From: Cyanophora paradoxa CCMP329 | Taxonomy: Eukaryota; Plantae; Glaucophyta | NCBI GenBank assembly: GCA_004431415.1 | Contig: QPMI01000396.1 | Span: forward strand, 1-64,000 | Length of the DNA stretch: 64,000 nucleotides | Reading direction: 5' to 3' | Shown here: piece after piece, positions 11,348-25,355 of the stretch | Position numbering within the stretch: the first letter of the stretch is position 1 | Layout: each line of letters opens with the position of its first letter | Program-made: the position numbers and the translations under genes | Notes under the pieces: generated by a model | Told to the model about the DNA's origin: nothing | What the model saw: the letters and a program-made list of their open reading frames with translations, nothing else | Database searches by the model: none

Positions 11348-13223
11348 ATGGATTCCCTGCCTGACTGCGTACTGGTGGAGTTTTTTCGAAGCCTGTCTTC
11401 CGATCGCAAGTCGGCCGTGGCGTTCTCCCAGTCGTATCAACGCGCGCGTTGCATTTTCCTGTCTTCCTCAGACTCAGTCCCTGTGTACGGGGACCGTGGT
11501 GTTGTGTTCGACCTGGACGCTGCACTGCACGAGCTTGGCTACGTTGATCCGCGCGAGATGGTCGACGATTTGCAAATGTCTGATATTAATGATGTCCTTT
11601 GCCGCTGGGTGTACCACCTCCTCACCCAGGAGAGCAACTTCTTGCGCATCGTGTCCACCGCATTTGCAGATCCTGTGTGGCGGCGCCCGTACATCGCTGA
11701 CTTTCTTCACCGCGTCATCCTCTGGGCTTTCGTGCCGGAACCTTCATCATCTCCCATCCCCGATGATCGGCGTGCTCTTGCATTGTCTACTAGCTCACTC
11801 GACGTGGAGCATGCTCGCCCAGTACATGTAGGATGGCTACGTTTGGCAATGACAACCAGTGCCAAGACGCTGATTGTGGACGACCTTGCGGCCGAAGATC
11901 TCGGCGTAATAGACGCTGCTCACGCGGATATGCCAACAGCGCCAGGCATCTGCATCCCTATCTACCGCAGCCTCCCGTGCGCAGCCACAGCGCTGCTTCT
12001 TTGCTCGGCCAAATTACTTACCAAATCCTCGCACTACGCGCAGGCTTGTCAAACCGTCTGCCGGGCCTTTTCGCATCAATAAACTTGTCATTTCCGGTAC
12101 TGCCATCGCGTACCACTACGCTACCAACTATAGCCAACTCGTCGACGCCCGGCTTGAAGCCAGGGAGGTTATCGTTCGCGGATCCCACAACACCTTACAG
12201 GACTTGCCGCCGCTGGCCCGGCCCCCTGTCATTCTGCGGCTTGAGTGCACTGAACAACCGTACCATGTGGAACGACTCTTCACATTGCGTGTCCCACACA
12301 TTCATATCATTCCCTCCGCACGTGTGTCACCTGCATGGGCCTCGCACATGCACATCAACCTCGAGCCCCGCTGGGTAGGTGACGGCAGCAAGCTCCAAGG
12401 CCCGTACCAGACAACGCATCTTGAAATTGAGATCCCAACTTCGCCTGTTGGTTGCATGCGGATGCAGTCCCTGCCTCGGTCCCTCGTTGTACTACGTTGT
12501 CCCGTTTCGGACTGTTGCCTGCAACCTGTAGCCTCTGGTATAGCCTTGCTTCCGCATCTCATATCGCTCGATCTCTCTGCTGCAGCCCTGTTCGACCATA
12601 GATATAGGGCCTCAGACATCGCTCGCTTTGCATCAGCCATCTCTTCTTCTACCCTTCGTCGCATTGTGATCCCCGTTGTATGCCCCCAGGGGGTCGAGTG
12701 CCTTGTTATCGTCAATGCCGTCGCGAATCTTGCGCGCAACTGCCGTGTCCTGGAGTCTCTCGGTCTCGTCGGCGGCATTCTGACGTTGCCAAGGCAGGTC
12801 CCGCGCTATGCGGCCGCTGCGGTGGCCGCAGCGTTTGAGACGTCCACCAGCATTAACGAGGTCTTTCTCGATGTCCCATCACAAGAGAACACCGTGTCCC
12901 GCGAGGTTGCAGCCTTCTTCCGAGCCTACATTACAGCTTTGCACGAACGCAGCACGATCGCCGATCGGCTACTCAAGGAGAAGCGTGATATCGCCGCGGC
13001 CGGAGCTCGCGTCTCCAAGGCATGCTCGCAGCCTGGCGAGGATGGCTTTCGTGGTCCGCTCGTTGAGGCTAAAGCAACCTATGAGGCTGTTCAGGCGGCA
13101 GAGACGCGGACCACCTTGCTCAGGCTTCGCGATTCCGAGCTAGCCGATGAGATTGCCCGTATACAGCAGGCCTTCTGTCCCTTCGAAATCGTCGATAATG
13201 ATGTGATTGTTATTGATGACTGA
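11348..13223 (+). CDS. F-box / LRR-like protein with C-terminal SIM-like motif (one intron ~11977-12043)
   Basis: N-terminal MDSLPDCVLVEFFRSL is F-box-like. A gtgcgc...cgcgcag intron joins ORFs 11348 and 12204 in frame. LRR-like segments LPHLISLDLS and LARNCRVLESLGLVG; ends VIVIDD*. Confidence 0.6.
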
Positions 13224-14165
13224 TATATATGCTTCCTGCAAATAGGCTATGTAGATGCTGTTTTAATTTAGTTTTGGTATTCATGAAGCCACACTGATCG
13301 CACTCCTCCTGCAAATTGGTGCCAGGGTGTCCGACCATCTTGCATTTCAAGCTCGGGTATCTTCTGCTTCAGCCGCCGCTGTATTTTTTTAGTTGCAGCC
13401 AGGAGGCAAAGGACTTCTTCATCCGGCACATGGATTCAATCCATGCACTTGATTAGGCTTCTCGGGCCTCACGCGCATCGCACTCGGAAGCTGCAGGGCT
13501 GTAGTCTAGCCTGTATCTATATAGCTACCTGCACTTCTTGAGCATGTCTCTTTTCGTAATTGTGATCAACTGATTTGTAGAGTACACGAAATTGTGATCA
13601 AATGATTTGTAGAGTACACGAACTCGCTGTCTGTAGCACACATGCACACACTCTCATTCTTTTGTAGCTGCAGGCTTAAGGTCCAGATCGGGTACTGTAG
13701 CTACTGTACTTGGGATACTGGAGGCGACGACGTATCTCGTGATGTACTCCGCCATGCCTAGCGGCCGTGGCATACCCTGAAGATCGCTGTTGCCCTTGGA
13801 ACTTGCTATTAAGCTCATATTATACACGGTACTGTAGGCCTGCTGCAGCGCCGCAGCACTACGAGTGAGCGTCATCTTCGTCGTGATTGTGAGCCGTCAG
13901 CGCGTGCACACCTGCTGCACGCCGTCCGAAAGGCCAGGACGGTGCGTGTTGCTGTGTGCAGCTTCGTACCGGTCCTTGTCGTTCGGCGATGGGCTGCGCG
14001 GCTCGGCGTCCAAGTGAGCAGCTCTCGTGCGCGCATTTCCTCTTCGCGCGTGATTTGCGCACCGAGACCGCTTCATTGCCGTATGCGGTGCGATATCAGG
14101 CTGGTCACGGCTGGTCACGTCAACCTCCTTTCGGAGAAAGTACCAATATTAATATTGTCAAAACG

Positions 14166-17100
14166 ATGAGGCGAAGGAGGAAGAGCCTACCCCACACGGG
14201 CCCCCTAGCCGGCTTCAGGGTTGCAGCTGCCCAACCTACGGGAGTCTTTCCAACGCCAATTGTTACGAAGTATTCGGACCCTTTTACACTTCGGCAGACT
14301 ACGGCCGAGGTCGACAAGTGGGACTCTGAGTTGCGATCGCGCTACTTTACGTATACTCTGGTATCAACTTGTCTCATCGACTAACGAATTTCAGCTATAG
14401 TAATGGTTTCATGTTCGCGCGTTTTCGTGCTCTCGTTTATGCAATCTTCAGGCATCAATGTAATACAGTACCCGTTTTGACGGCCGTTCTGGTAATGCCG
14501 TTACCGTTGCGCGACCAGCTATCGGATTCAGTATGAATTACGTGGTCATCAGGTCTTTTGTTTGAAGCACCCCCTGGATGACTGCAGCTGATTGCCTCCG
14601 CACCGGCGTTCTTTAGTTACCGCGCATTGGGACCTGCAGCTGCTGCGACCGGCTACCGGAACGCGGGTCAAGCTTGCACGAGTACTTGGTAGCGGTTTCT
14701 CATCGCTACCGGCGCAAGGTTGTTAGTTTCGCCGATTGATCAGCTTTGGTTCCATCGAACGGCTACTGGTACATCGGTGGACCGCGTACGTAGTGCGCAC
14801 TATCGCCTTGGTGGCGGCCGCAAGGGCGGGAGTACGGCTGATCACGTGCGTGCCAGCGTGTTTTCTCGGGACCCGCCAGTTCCCGCTGAAAGCTACTTTA
14901 GGTCGCATGCTAGCTGCCGCCGTCGAGTCCAGATTCCAACTACTTTCGCTAGCAAGTCATGTGCGTATTGGCGTTGGCATATGTTGAACATCGCGTCCTC
15001 TACCTTACTCTGCTTTAATCGGGCGCATGCGCGTAGAATCTTACGACCTGGTTCTGTCGAGAGTCGTCGCTGTACCTACACTCTGTTTTTGTCAAGGTCG
15101 TCGCTGTATATCTTGTCACCTGGTTGTTAATTCAAGGATCACTACCACTGGCAAGACACTGTATCGCGCCAGGTAATCCGTGATGGTGACGCTTTGTTAG
15201 CTTGACTTATAATTATGAGAGCAGTAACAGCTTTTCAAATGGCAACTCTTGTTGCACTTCCTAGGCAATTTATGTATGAATTCCCCTCTTCTCACTCGCA
15301 CTTCATGTCATTACCTGCTCCATCGTTTGTGCGCATCTAATGTTCTTGCCTTGGGTGCTGTGCACTGGATGCTGATGTCCTTGTTACCAGGCACCTTGCA
15401 ATCCGCCGATTCAGTACATTGCAAGTAATATATCCCGACCTGCTCATCACCTAACTGGGACTAGCGCAAGTTTATCCGCGGAGGTGACGTTGCGATGTGC
15501 TGTGCACATCTTTTGCTCGTTCTTGAATTCAGTTTTTGTCGCAGTTCTTCTATAGATGTACCGTCCTTGCGTCATGCACCGCAGCATTCCGTACCGAGCA
15601 TGATTTGCGGTACCATATGGCAGGGGCACATGACACTACACGTGATGGTATTTTCCCATGCGGATATTGTGCCATGGTCCTCGCCGACCGTCCAGCTTGG
15701 GATGCACACCGTGTGTCCGTGCATCATGTAGGCCGGCTACGTACGTGTGGGTCTCAATGCGATTGTTCTCCGGGTCTCTTACCTGAACTGTACGGATGTA
15801 GGGCAAAATCGTGCGTCTGTCCGTCGGAGCGAATATTCGAATGCGGATAGACAGACATTGCGGACTGCCGATACCGGTGAGTTTCTTTATTTTGCATTTC
15901 GTGCCTTCTCTCATTCTTAACATATCAGTGCTGCAGTTCGTCACGCATCTAACTCTCGTTGGACCGCGGAACATGCTAGGAGCGCACTTCGAAGTTTTCA
16001 CACCCAGCGTAATCGGTCGCTGGAACGTCATGCCAACTTTGAAACCATTTTAGCAAAGTGCATTTATTCTGCATCTTATAACCTGCATTAGTTTGTTGCT
16101 GACGTCTTGCTAAGCTATGAACCTGTACAATTCTGGAATGAAATCTCCAATCTCGATCTGAAGGATGCTGCAAGAGTGTTCTTTCTCAAGCTATACTGCA
16201 TCCGGCGCACTTGTAGTTGCTGCACCGAATCACGACGTGCAGACAAATTACATATTCTGCGGTGCAAGTGCATCGCCTCTGAGAGTACTAGTACCTCGTA
16301 TAGTCACAGTAAGGACTGTCAGTGCGTGACGGGCGACGTGCGATGTCATGTCTGTTCAATTATGAAGCTACACGGAATACCTTCGTCACAAGCTACAGTT
16401 GAATTTTGCAGCCGGTGTAATGCTTTCAAGTGTGCCCCCGATCGACCCTTCTGCCCCTTCTCAAGTTTGGTGCGTTCCAATGTATTTTCGGACTGCTCGG
16501 TTCACTACACTATACCTAATTCAGCGGTGCAAAAGAACCGTCTGCATTGTGTGGATGTGGATGACCGTACACGTAACCTTCTATCCGACTTAACCTACCC
16601 CGAATTATTGATGTGCCAACGGGTTAATAATTACCAGGTTCGGAGTCTGTCAGTATAATGCGAGTCATCTTGTTGTCGCTCATATTGCACGTGCCCTGCT
16701 ATTCTCAGTTAATTCACGTCCGTGGCCCGAAAGGAAAAAACGGTCGGAGGATCGGTGGAGGGCAGCTCGGCTCGCAAGGGCGCGTTATCTTTGTACCGTG
16801 CAATCCCATCAATAACATCAAATCAATATTTCCTCTGCCACCTAGAGGAAAAGTTTGCTTGGTCAACCAGCGAAAGCCGAAAGGTGGGGAGACCTGGTAT
16901 AATCGTGTCAGGTTGGACCGGTGCTTCGAGGTTCTTGAGTGCCTTCGTGACACTACAAAACACATATATTATCAGAACATACAACTACGGGATCCCAACG
17001 ATCCGGAGTTGTTAGCAGAAATAGATAAGTGGAATGCTGGCACGACAGATAATGTCATTAATCCTCGCGACACGGAGGACTCTGATAGCGACAACTCGGA

Positions 17101-20100
17101 AAACGACGATGCTGATTCGGCTCACATGAACCGTCCTATCTGCCCGTCGGTTGCCGTCAATTTAAAGGGGACTTCCCTCAGCACCCTTCCTGTGAACGAT
17201 GGTCGTATTCTGCGTGCCCATTCGCCGGAAACAGATGTGTGCTCCTTCTTGTCTGTTTATCCAACAGGTGCGATGCGCCCGCGACCATGTCACATTTGAT
17301 ATCATTCCTACATTTATTGTCAGGCACGCATGGTTTACACGACCCAGCTAGACCGATCCAACTGTCGGCACGTGAATTTTTCTCCCACCGTTGCCTCGCG
17401 TCATCATCCGCCCCATTTCAACGCGACCCGGCCGCTCTTCTTAATTCGATTTCGATTATACTCGATGACGATGCGTGGCGTGGATTTAACTTTGTCAGAG
17501 ATAATATCGTCAATGCTGTTTCCAGCGAAAACCGCGAGGCACATGCTGTCACGTCAACGACCACCATGACGGTTGCTGACGCTTTAAATTTAATCAACAG
17601 TACTGTTGAAGATCATTCCTTAGATGCTCTCGCCATTCGCACGCGGTGTTATCGTACGATGACTCGTAATGTGAATTTATGTTTTGTGTTCATTGCACTT
17701 CCGACCTTGGGCTAATGTGTCCGAGGACCACATGTACAGGTTCGTGGAACCGCCGCATACTGGAACAATGCACGAAATAAATTACACAGCATGTTTACGA
17801 CAATCGGATTTCCTCATATTTATATGACGCTGTCCAGCGATGATCTACATTGGCCCGATCTTCTTCGGGCCATCGATCCTGTCAAGTTCCCGTCCAGCGC
17901 CGCCGTCGCCGAATTTACTAAGAATCGGGACGATGTTGTAAAATTGCTGAACGAGAATCCTGGCATTGTGGCTGAGCATTTTGATGAACGGGTTCGCGCC
18001 ATGCTTGACCTCTTCCAATCTACGGCTGGTGAAGTGCTTTTTGGTTGGCCTGTTGTTGATTTCTTTGTCCGGTGCGCCGATGTTTTTGAATCCTGTGACC
18101 CTGCACATTTGCTGTCTTACCTGTTTCTACAAAGGTATGAAGTTCAGAGTCGAGGGTCGCTTCACGCACATTTGGTGATTTGGCTGGGCGAGCGCACCCG
18201 AGATGGTGTCACGACGCCCCCGCCCGTCCTAGACCCCGCAGACCCCGGTTTCAATGGCGAACAAGTCTGCGCGTGGCTGGATACGGTTGTTCAGACCGAG
18301 GTAAGCCATTACCGTTGTTGCTAATTTCCAGGATGCTGCACACTATTAATCTTGAATGTAGCAACCTCGGACGGAAGGTCCTTTCGCCCAAGAATGGGCT
18401 ACACCCCGCCTACAGGACTACGTGGCACGATTCAATCGACATAAACACTCTCACACATGTCGCATCGATCCCGCCGCAGTGGGCAAATTTCGTCGCCGTC
18501 GCAAGCTTGCGACCGTCGACGAAAACGCCGAGTTGCATGACCCTATCACTGATGCCACGAAGCTGAACGTGCTAGAAGACCAGCTACAGGCCATGGAAAA
18601 AGCTGCTCCGCACGAGCACGTGGCTCGTTCAGCCCGGATCGCCAAATTTATGGCCGAGTACAAGGAGCGGTGCAAGTGTCGCTTCGGATTCCCACATGTG
18701 TTTGCCGCCAAAACGCATCTGCGGAGCTCTCACGAAGAACGTTTTATGTGTCGTGGGGACCGGGAAGTGATATTTAGGCGCTTCACACAGGATGATCGCT
18801 ACACGAACAATTTCCACAACATTATCATCCAGCTCTGGCAAGCTAATATGGATATCCAAATCGTCACAAATCCGTACAAGATAGCAGCTTACATTTTAGG
18901 GTATATGACCAAAGACGAGACGGAGGAGATGAAGGCGGTGGAAAACGTCCTAAATGACCTACCAGAGGATGCGTCAACTAACCAGATCCTCCTAAAAGTA
19001 ATGTTTCTCAATTTCTGATGCTGCGCGGTTCCCTAAATTAACTCTACCGGCATTGCGAAATAGATGCGAAATGCCATGTTGGGGTGTCGCACAATGTCCA
19101 AGCAGGAAGCTGGGTTGTATTGTCTAGGTGCGTAGCATCAATGTAAGCCAGTATTATAATTATGCCTCATTTATGTATATCATCGCCTGTAACCATGCAG
19201 CATGCTCATGCTTGGGCACTCTGTCCAGGCATTCCGTTGTTTTTTTCGTCACGATCATCGTGCTCTGTCGGGGCCTACCTCCCTGGTAAACGTGGAAAGC
19301 ACCTGCGGCATAAACGGGAGCTCGAATTTCGAATGCAACATAATCCGAACGATCAAGATGCTTGGGCCGACGACCAGGTTGATTACTATATGGCTCGCAG
19401 TAAGGATCCCGACGGTGTCCAATCTGTCTTTTTATTGTACAAATGAAATCTCGCTACTGACTGACATTTCTTCTTGCTCAGGTGCAGAACCTGTCTTCGA
19501 ATCTATAACCTTCATGCAGTACATGAACTGGTTTAACTTACATTTTCTTGGTGATGCACCAAAAGGAGGCGGGCCAGACGCAAATCTCACGTCTGAAAAC
19601 GTTGATTGTGAGGGAGACGAGGATGAGGCGGAACTCAATGATTGGGAGCCTAATCCCGCGTGGGCGAATGCAGAGATTCGAAAACAGCATCCGCAAAGTA
19701 CTGCACCCTTGCGCTCAAAGAAGGCGGGATCCAGGTGAACGTTTACGTCGTAATTCGTTTGTTCTCACGTGCCCCTCGAGCTCTATCTCATTTATTGCCT
19801 GCGCAGTGTGTGCCCTCGGTCTTCTCTGTTGAGGCCCTTTCAACGCCACATCCTTCAACAGCGACGTCGACCGAGGACTGTGAGAGTGCGAATTCCAAAG
19901 GATGGTGACCCCGAAGGCCTGTACAGTCTGCTGTTGATGCACGTACCATTTCGGAACGAGCTACGTGATTTACTTGGTGTTGAGTCCGAGGATGAAGTTA
20001 CTCCTGCCGTCATTTCTGCTGCCGTCACCCGGCATCGTGCTACTATCGAGTACAATATTCAGTTCACTCACTGTCAAATGGCTGCCCGGATTGAACGGTC

Positions 20101-23100
20101 CCTCCAGAAGTTCGATCGTGATGCTCGCTTGGTCGCCGGCAAGAATTTAAACCCGGATAACCGGTCCACAACTGGCACTGCTTCTTCTGTACATCACCTG
20201 CGCCCTGGGCCAACAGTCGGCTTTAATGGGGTCGACGACGTTCGTGACGAGCCATCGATAGTACCGACGCGAGTTACGTCAACGGTAGCGCGTGATGCAA
20301 CGTTGTCGGCACTGCCCACCTCCGACGTATCTAATTTCGGCCCCTCTGGTGCGGATGACTTCAGCCCCTCTGGTGCGGATGATGTTCCTACCGCACCTCT
20401 GCCTGGACCCCCCGCCTCTTCGGGAGTTGATTTACATGACCTCGATTCGATGAGCCTCTCGGAAATGGAGGATAAGCTGAAGCCAAGGCAGCGGGAATTG
20501 ATGGTTGCGATTCGTCAGATGACAACTCGGCTCGAAAAGCACTACTCAACCCAAGCTGAGTACGCTGCTCGTGCTCTAGATGGTGTGGTGATCTTTTATT
20601 AATTGTACTATATGAACAGGTACAAATCTATTGTGGCCGCTAATTCCGGGATGCCCGAATGTCGTCACAAAGAGCTTCCTGTCGTATCCCCTAAGCAGCC
20701 TCTGCACATTGCGTGTGTTGGTCCAGGCGGGACTGGCAAATCTTTTCTTATCAAAACCATTGTTAAGTACATGCTCAACTGGAGTCGTGACCACGCAAAC
20801 ATGCAGCAACCGTGTGGCAATGGCGGCATATTACTCATGTCCTGGTCTGGCGTGGCATCCTTCAACATCGGAGGTAGCACCGTGTCATCTGTGCTAGCTT
20901 TTGGGGCTCCTCCCAAACACGGCGAAAAAAATACATTCTATCCTTTATCTGGCGCCCGAGCGTGCCAATTGAATGCAAGGTTCCGTGATGTCGAACTTAT
21001 CATTATTGACGAGATCAGCTTTGTTGGCGGCAAGAACTTTCCTCGAATCAATCAGCGGTTACAGGAGATCTTCCAGGTGGCGGAGCCGTTCGCAGGGAAA
21101 TCTATCCTGTGCTTCGGGGATTTCTTCCAACTTCCGCCAGTGCAGGAGAAACGGATTTACAACATTTTCGAAAGACGGATGTGGCGTACCTTCAAGCGCA
21201 GTGGCGAACTGGTTGATGATATTCACCTGTGGCTGTCTTTGTTTCACCCTATCTTCCTCGATGAGGTCGTCAGGCAAGCTGGAGACACCATGTGGCGTGA
21301 CACATGTTTGCGATTACGAGTCGGAGAATTTGATGACCGTGATAAGCAATTCATTCTGTCCAGGTACGTTCTGAAACCATTACATCCCTGTATTGCACCG
21401 CCCGCTCGCCTTTCTGTGAACGCACCGTGCAGATCTGTGAACCCCGAGGAGAACCGTCGGGGGTATGCTGCACTGGCTTGCGAACTAGCATCCCCCGCCT
21501 GGGAAACAGCGTTGCGAGTCTTCCCTTGCAACAGAGAAGTACTGAATTACAACAATGATCGTCTCTTTGCAACGTCCCGTCGGTATTTGGCTCCGATTAT
21601 CACACTTGAGGCTTTCGATGAAGGAGAGTATGATCACAAATCCAAAACGTGTAAACCAGCTGAACCGGTTGAGGTACGAACCCATGTCCGCCAGAGTATC
21701 AGTTGTTTTTTAAGCTTGTGCGTTCGTGGTGCAGAATAAAAATGGCGACCTCTTATTGGCGAAGTTCACCTTCTGCTTGGGCTCGCGGGTTATGATGATC
21801 ATCAATGAGGACACGCACGATGGTCTTGTAAATGGCGCGCTGGGGACGCTGGTTGGATGGGAGTTTGACGGTCCAGTACCTACAGCTTCGTCGACTGTTC
21901 GGCTACTTGACAAGAATTCTCCAGTTGCCATGTATGTGGCTTTTGACGACGACAAAGTCGGCAGGAAGCGCGGACGTACGAAAGTGACACTGGCCGGTGT
22001 TGATTACCAGGCCGTACGTGTTGAGCCGTCTGAGCGTGACATATCCAACGAACCAGTTATCCACGACAAGTCTTCAGCACTGCCTACTCAAACTGAGCAC
22101 GAAGTGATTCCTGGTTTGACGAATGCGGCAAAATCTACAAGTTCCGCTCCTTCTCGCACTCAGTTCCCTTTTCGTCTGGCGTGGGCTGTAACCGTTCACA
22201 AGTGTCAAGGCCTCACACTGTCAAAGATAGTCGTTGATTTGTCACGCGCTTTCACCTACAACATGGCGTATGTCGCATGTAGTCGGGTTCGATCATCTGC
22301 GGACATCATTTTCACCAATGTACTGCGTGACCCTATGGCTAGACGGAAGAAAGGCAAAGGACGTGCGCACCAATCTGCGATCCCACTGGGCACAATGGAT
22401 TCCGACAGCGACGTCTCCGAGTTACCGGACATTGCAATGTGCAGCACTCCGTCACTCGACCGCTGGTTGTACTTCGCTCCGAATCCGTCGGATATACGGG
22501 AGAATGCCCGGCTCCGTGCACTGGCCACGCGGATTGGTGTCCCGTCAGACAATCTTCATATCGCTTGGGGCACGTCTGTTTTTGAAGTCGCTAAACCGCA
22601 ACTGGTGGTAGAAGAGCAGCGCACCTTGGCCGAGAAATTTGCATCGACTCCCAAGTCTGGCGCTGCGGGTACTCGTACACGCATTGATGCTCCTTCTACC
22701 GACCCCCCGCGTGTATCTCACACCGACCCACCGCGTGCATCTCCCAAGACTCCAAAGCGTAAGCGCAATGAGTCTACTTTAACGTCGACGAACAAGCGAT
22801 CCGCTGCATCCTTTCCCTCGAGCTCTTCAGCGATGCCTTCCAGTGTACCTCGTGATCGGACGACGCCTACTTCGTCGACTTCTCTCTTACCCCACACGAC
22901 CCACGCTCTTCCACCACGGAATTTGTCAGCTGCTTTTGAGCAGGCGTCGTGTAGTGCAGCTTTGGGGGGTTCATTGCCACCTGAAGGAACCTGTGATCGT
23001 AACTCGTCGCATCCCTCACCTGCATCCACTGCGGCCATGCTTGTTCCTCCGGATATGCGACTATCGATAGCTGGTGTAATGTCTGCCCGTATCTACGACA

Positions 23101-23818
23101 TGGGAATGCATAACGTGTTGCTTTCCGCTACAGTCTCTCCTAACCTAATTCCAGTGAGGTCCGCCTTTATTATATCTGATATGTCTCGTATTTAGAATGC
23201 AGTTCCCCAGTGGCTGATGCGGCATTCCACGCAGTAATTCTGGAGCAGGACGATGCATGTTTTTGTCAATAATTGACAGCATGATTGCGGAAGGGACCCT
23301 TCCTATTTTTACGCGTAATAGTGATAAATGTGATTGGGCGGATCGATTGCGTTCCGACGTGGTTGATCTGATGATGTCCATTAATCCGATGCATCCTCTT
23401 TTTCCTTTACTCAACTCAGCTGCCGTACCCGACGTACCCCATGGGCAACCGGCTCACAATTTTGGGGCCTCCGTTCTGCATTCGTACTGCAGCCGCATGC
23501 GAGATCCGAGAACTGATGGTAATGTATTGCCTTCAGCGGTCTGTTCGGGTTTCATAATTGACTGTTATCGCCGCAGCCACAAATCTGGAAGTCGCCTTCT
23601 GCGCTGCATATCTAGGTAGACCTATAATGGTATTCTTCGAAGATAGGAGCGTCAATCGCCGCTTCCCGTATATTCACACCGGAATGGATGGTACTTATCA
23701 CATGCCTCCTGCCGTGCGGTACATGCGTCCTTTGCTTCTGTTATACCACGGCATATTTCATGTAGACGGTACTCTGTTTTCTGTCAGAAACCACCACTAT
23801 TCTGCGCTAGTTCCTTAG
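14166..23818 (+). CDS. Helentron/Helitron2-type RepHel transposase: C2H2 Zn fingers, DUF6570-like domain, HUH Rep, PIF1 (SF1B) helicase, C-terminal OTU protease; many introns; start uncertain
   Basis: Zn fingers at ~15550-15730. LSDLTYPELLMCQRV...GGGQLGSQGRVIFVP is DUF6570-like. Rep motifs: RGTAAYW..MFTTIGFPHIYMTLSSDDLHW, YEVQSRGSLHAHLVIW (~18140-18183), CRFGFP, WQANMDIQ..AAYILGYMTKDE (~18840-18920). Helicase motifs: GPGGTGKS, IIIDEISF, FGDFFQLPPV, GLVNGALG, QFPFRLAWAVTVHKCQGLTL, YVACSRV. OTU motifs: SGAGRCMFLSI...LEVAFCAAYLGRPI...HHYSAL*. Confidence 0.93.
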
Positions 23819-24629
23819 ACCTAATTACTTACAGCTACGGTGCTTACAATGCAGGACCCAGTTACGCTAGTTTAGAGGGTGTTTGTGCCTGTATATATAT
23901 TCTTATTCTTCGCGCTGCAATGCACACGAAGTCCATATTTGAAGATGCACATGATCTATGACCGATGCTGGTATGAGGGCCGGGATATCTTCCACATCCT
24001 CAATACTAGCAGTAGTCGCCCAGGGATTGACGGTGTCTGATGTGTCATTGGTTTGTTGTAAAGTGCTGTTGGCTTGTTGCAAGCTGGCCCACGGATACAG
24101 CCCAAGGTTTGGCCCATCGTCCGGTAGGGCACTTGCTTGTCCATGTGCTCCAAACCCCGCATCCTCCTCCGTACTGTCTATCGACAGTGCTATTAAGAGG
24201 TCCGTCCAGTTGAAGTGATCCGAAGGTTCAGAGATAAAAAACTGCATTTCCCGTGCGAGGGTTGTCTACGCGTGGCGCCGCTACTTACACCGTACAATCC
24301 CGCTGAGCAGATGCGCCGGATGAATTGTCGTTCGACGACGCTGAGCAGATGCGCCGGATGAATTGTCGTTCTGTGCTGTTATCGATCAGTTGAATCAGAT
24401 CACAACTCGCGCGGCTCGCTATGCATGGCACCTGACGTGATGCGTGGATGATCCGTCCACGCTTCAGCTGAAAGGTCTTGCGAGAACCAATGTACCGTAT
24501 GTCTTGTAATGGCAAGAAGTTACTACTATAGGCAGCTTCAGGTGCTGTTTGGTCCTCAGTTACGAAGTTTTCGAATTGCGACTGTACCCCTCGAATGTCA
24601 TTTTCATCACATAGTAGTATAATTATATC

Positions 24630-25355
24630 ATGCAATCTGTAGACGCCGCACCGACGACCGTACGCGTGGATCGCAAGGCGATGCTTCCCCCGTATATAGC
24701 GTTCGAAGCGCCTCCCGGAGCGGGTAAAAGCACGCTCATTTCCGACTTGATGGTAGTCGCCGCGGAAGTAAACTGCGCGGTCAAGTTTCGCATCTTTCCC
24801 GAGCCTCTGCATCTATGGAAACCATGGTTGACTGGCATTTTTGCGGAAGGCGGCCCGCAACCTGGTGCCGTACTTGGCATGCAACTTCGAGCGTTCCTTT
24901 CCCATTCAACCCACTTACAGCAACTGTCAGCTTTGAATGCATGTAGTTCTGCCTATCACGATCGCCCGCTTGTTGGTCTCGTCGAGCGCTGCCATCTTTC
25001 CTCACAGGAAATCTTTGCAGAGTACTGGTACGCCCGTGGTTACCTCACGGATGCGGAGCGTGGTTTGCTGCAAGAAATTCAGGCATCTCTTTCATTTCAC
25101 GATCCACTTGCTGTCGTATCACTAGATGTATCACCTGGCATCTGTATGGAGAGGGCTCTTTCCCGGGGAGATAATCACGAAGCTCTCAGTACTATACCAG
25201 GACTCCACGCACGTTATAGTGACTGGATATTCTCTCTCGAGTCCAGTCGCACTTTACCCGTGATTCGTCTTGATGCTTCCATGCCCGTCAGAGACCTTGC
25301 GACTCAGTTACTTCCTCGTTTAGAGAGCAGTGTCCTGGGTCCGAAGAACATGTGA
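24630..25355 (+). CDS. Deoxynucleoside kinase (dNK/dCK family), intronless
   Basis: YIAFEAPPGAGKSTL (P-loop), FPEPLHLW, MQL, LVERCHLSSQEIFA (ERS-like), LDVSPGICMERALSRG (lid). Confidence 0.88.
   Translation: MQSVDAAPTTVRVDRKAMLPPYIAFEAPPGAGKSTLISDLMVVAAEVNCAVKFRIFPEPLHLWKPWLTGIFAEGGPQPGAVLGMQLRAFLSHSTHLQQLSALNACSSAYHDRPLVGLVERCHLSSQEIFAEYWYARGYLTDAERGLLQEIQASLSFHDPLAVVSLDVSPGICMERALSRGDNHEALSTIPGLHARYSDWIFSLESSRTLPVIRLDASMPVRDLATQLLPRLESSVLGPKNM

Noticed and set aside
13558-13622. 32-bp tandem duplication as a regulatory element
   Set aside because: Only two copies and no other support; likely local slippage.
24285-24812. GIY-YIG nuclease (IRYIGSRK)
   Set aside because: A single weak motif; the ORF partly shadows the dNK antisense strand and contains a local ~32-bp duplication.
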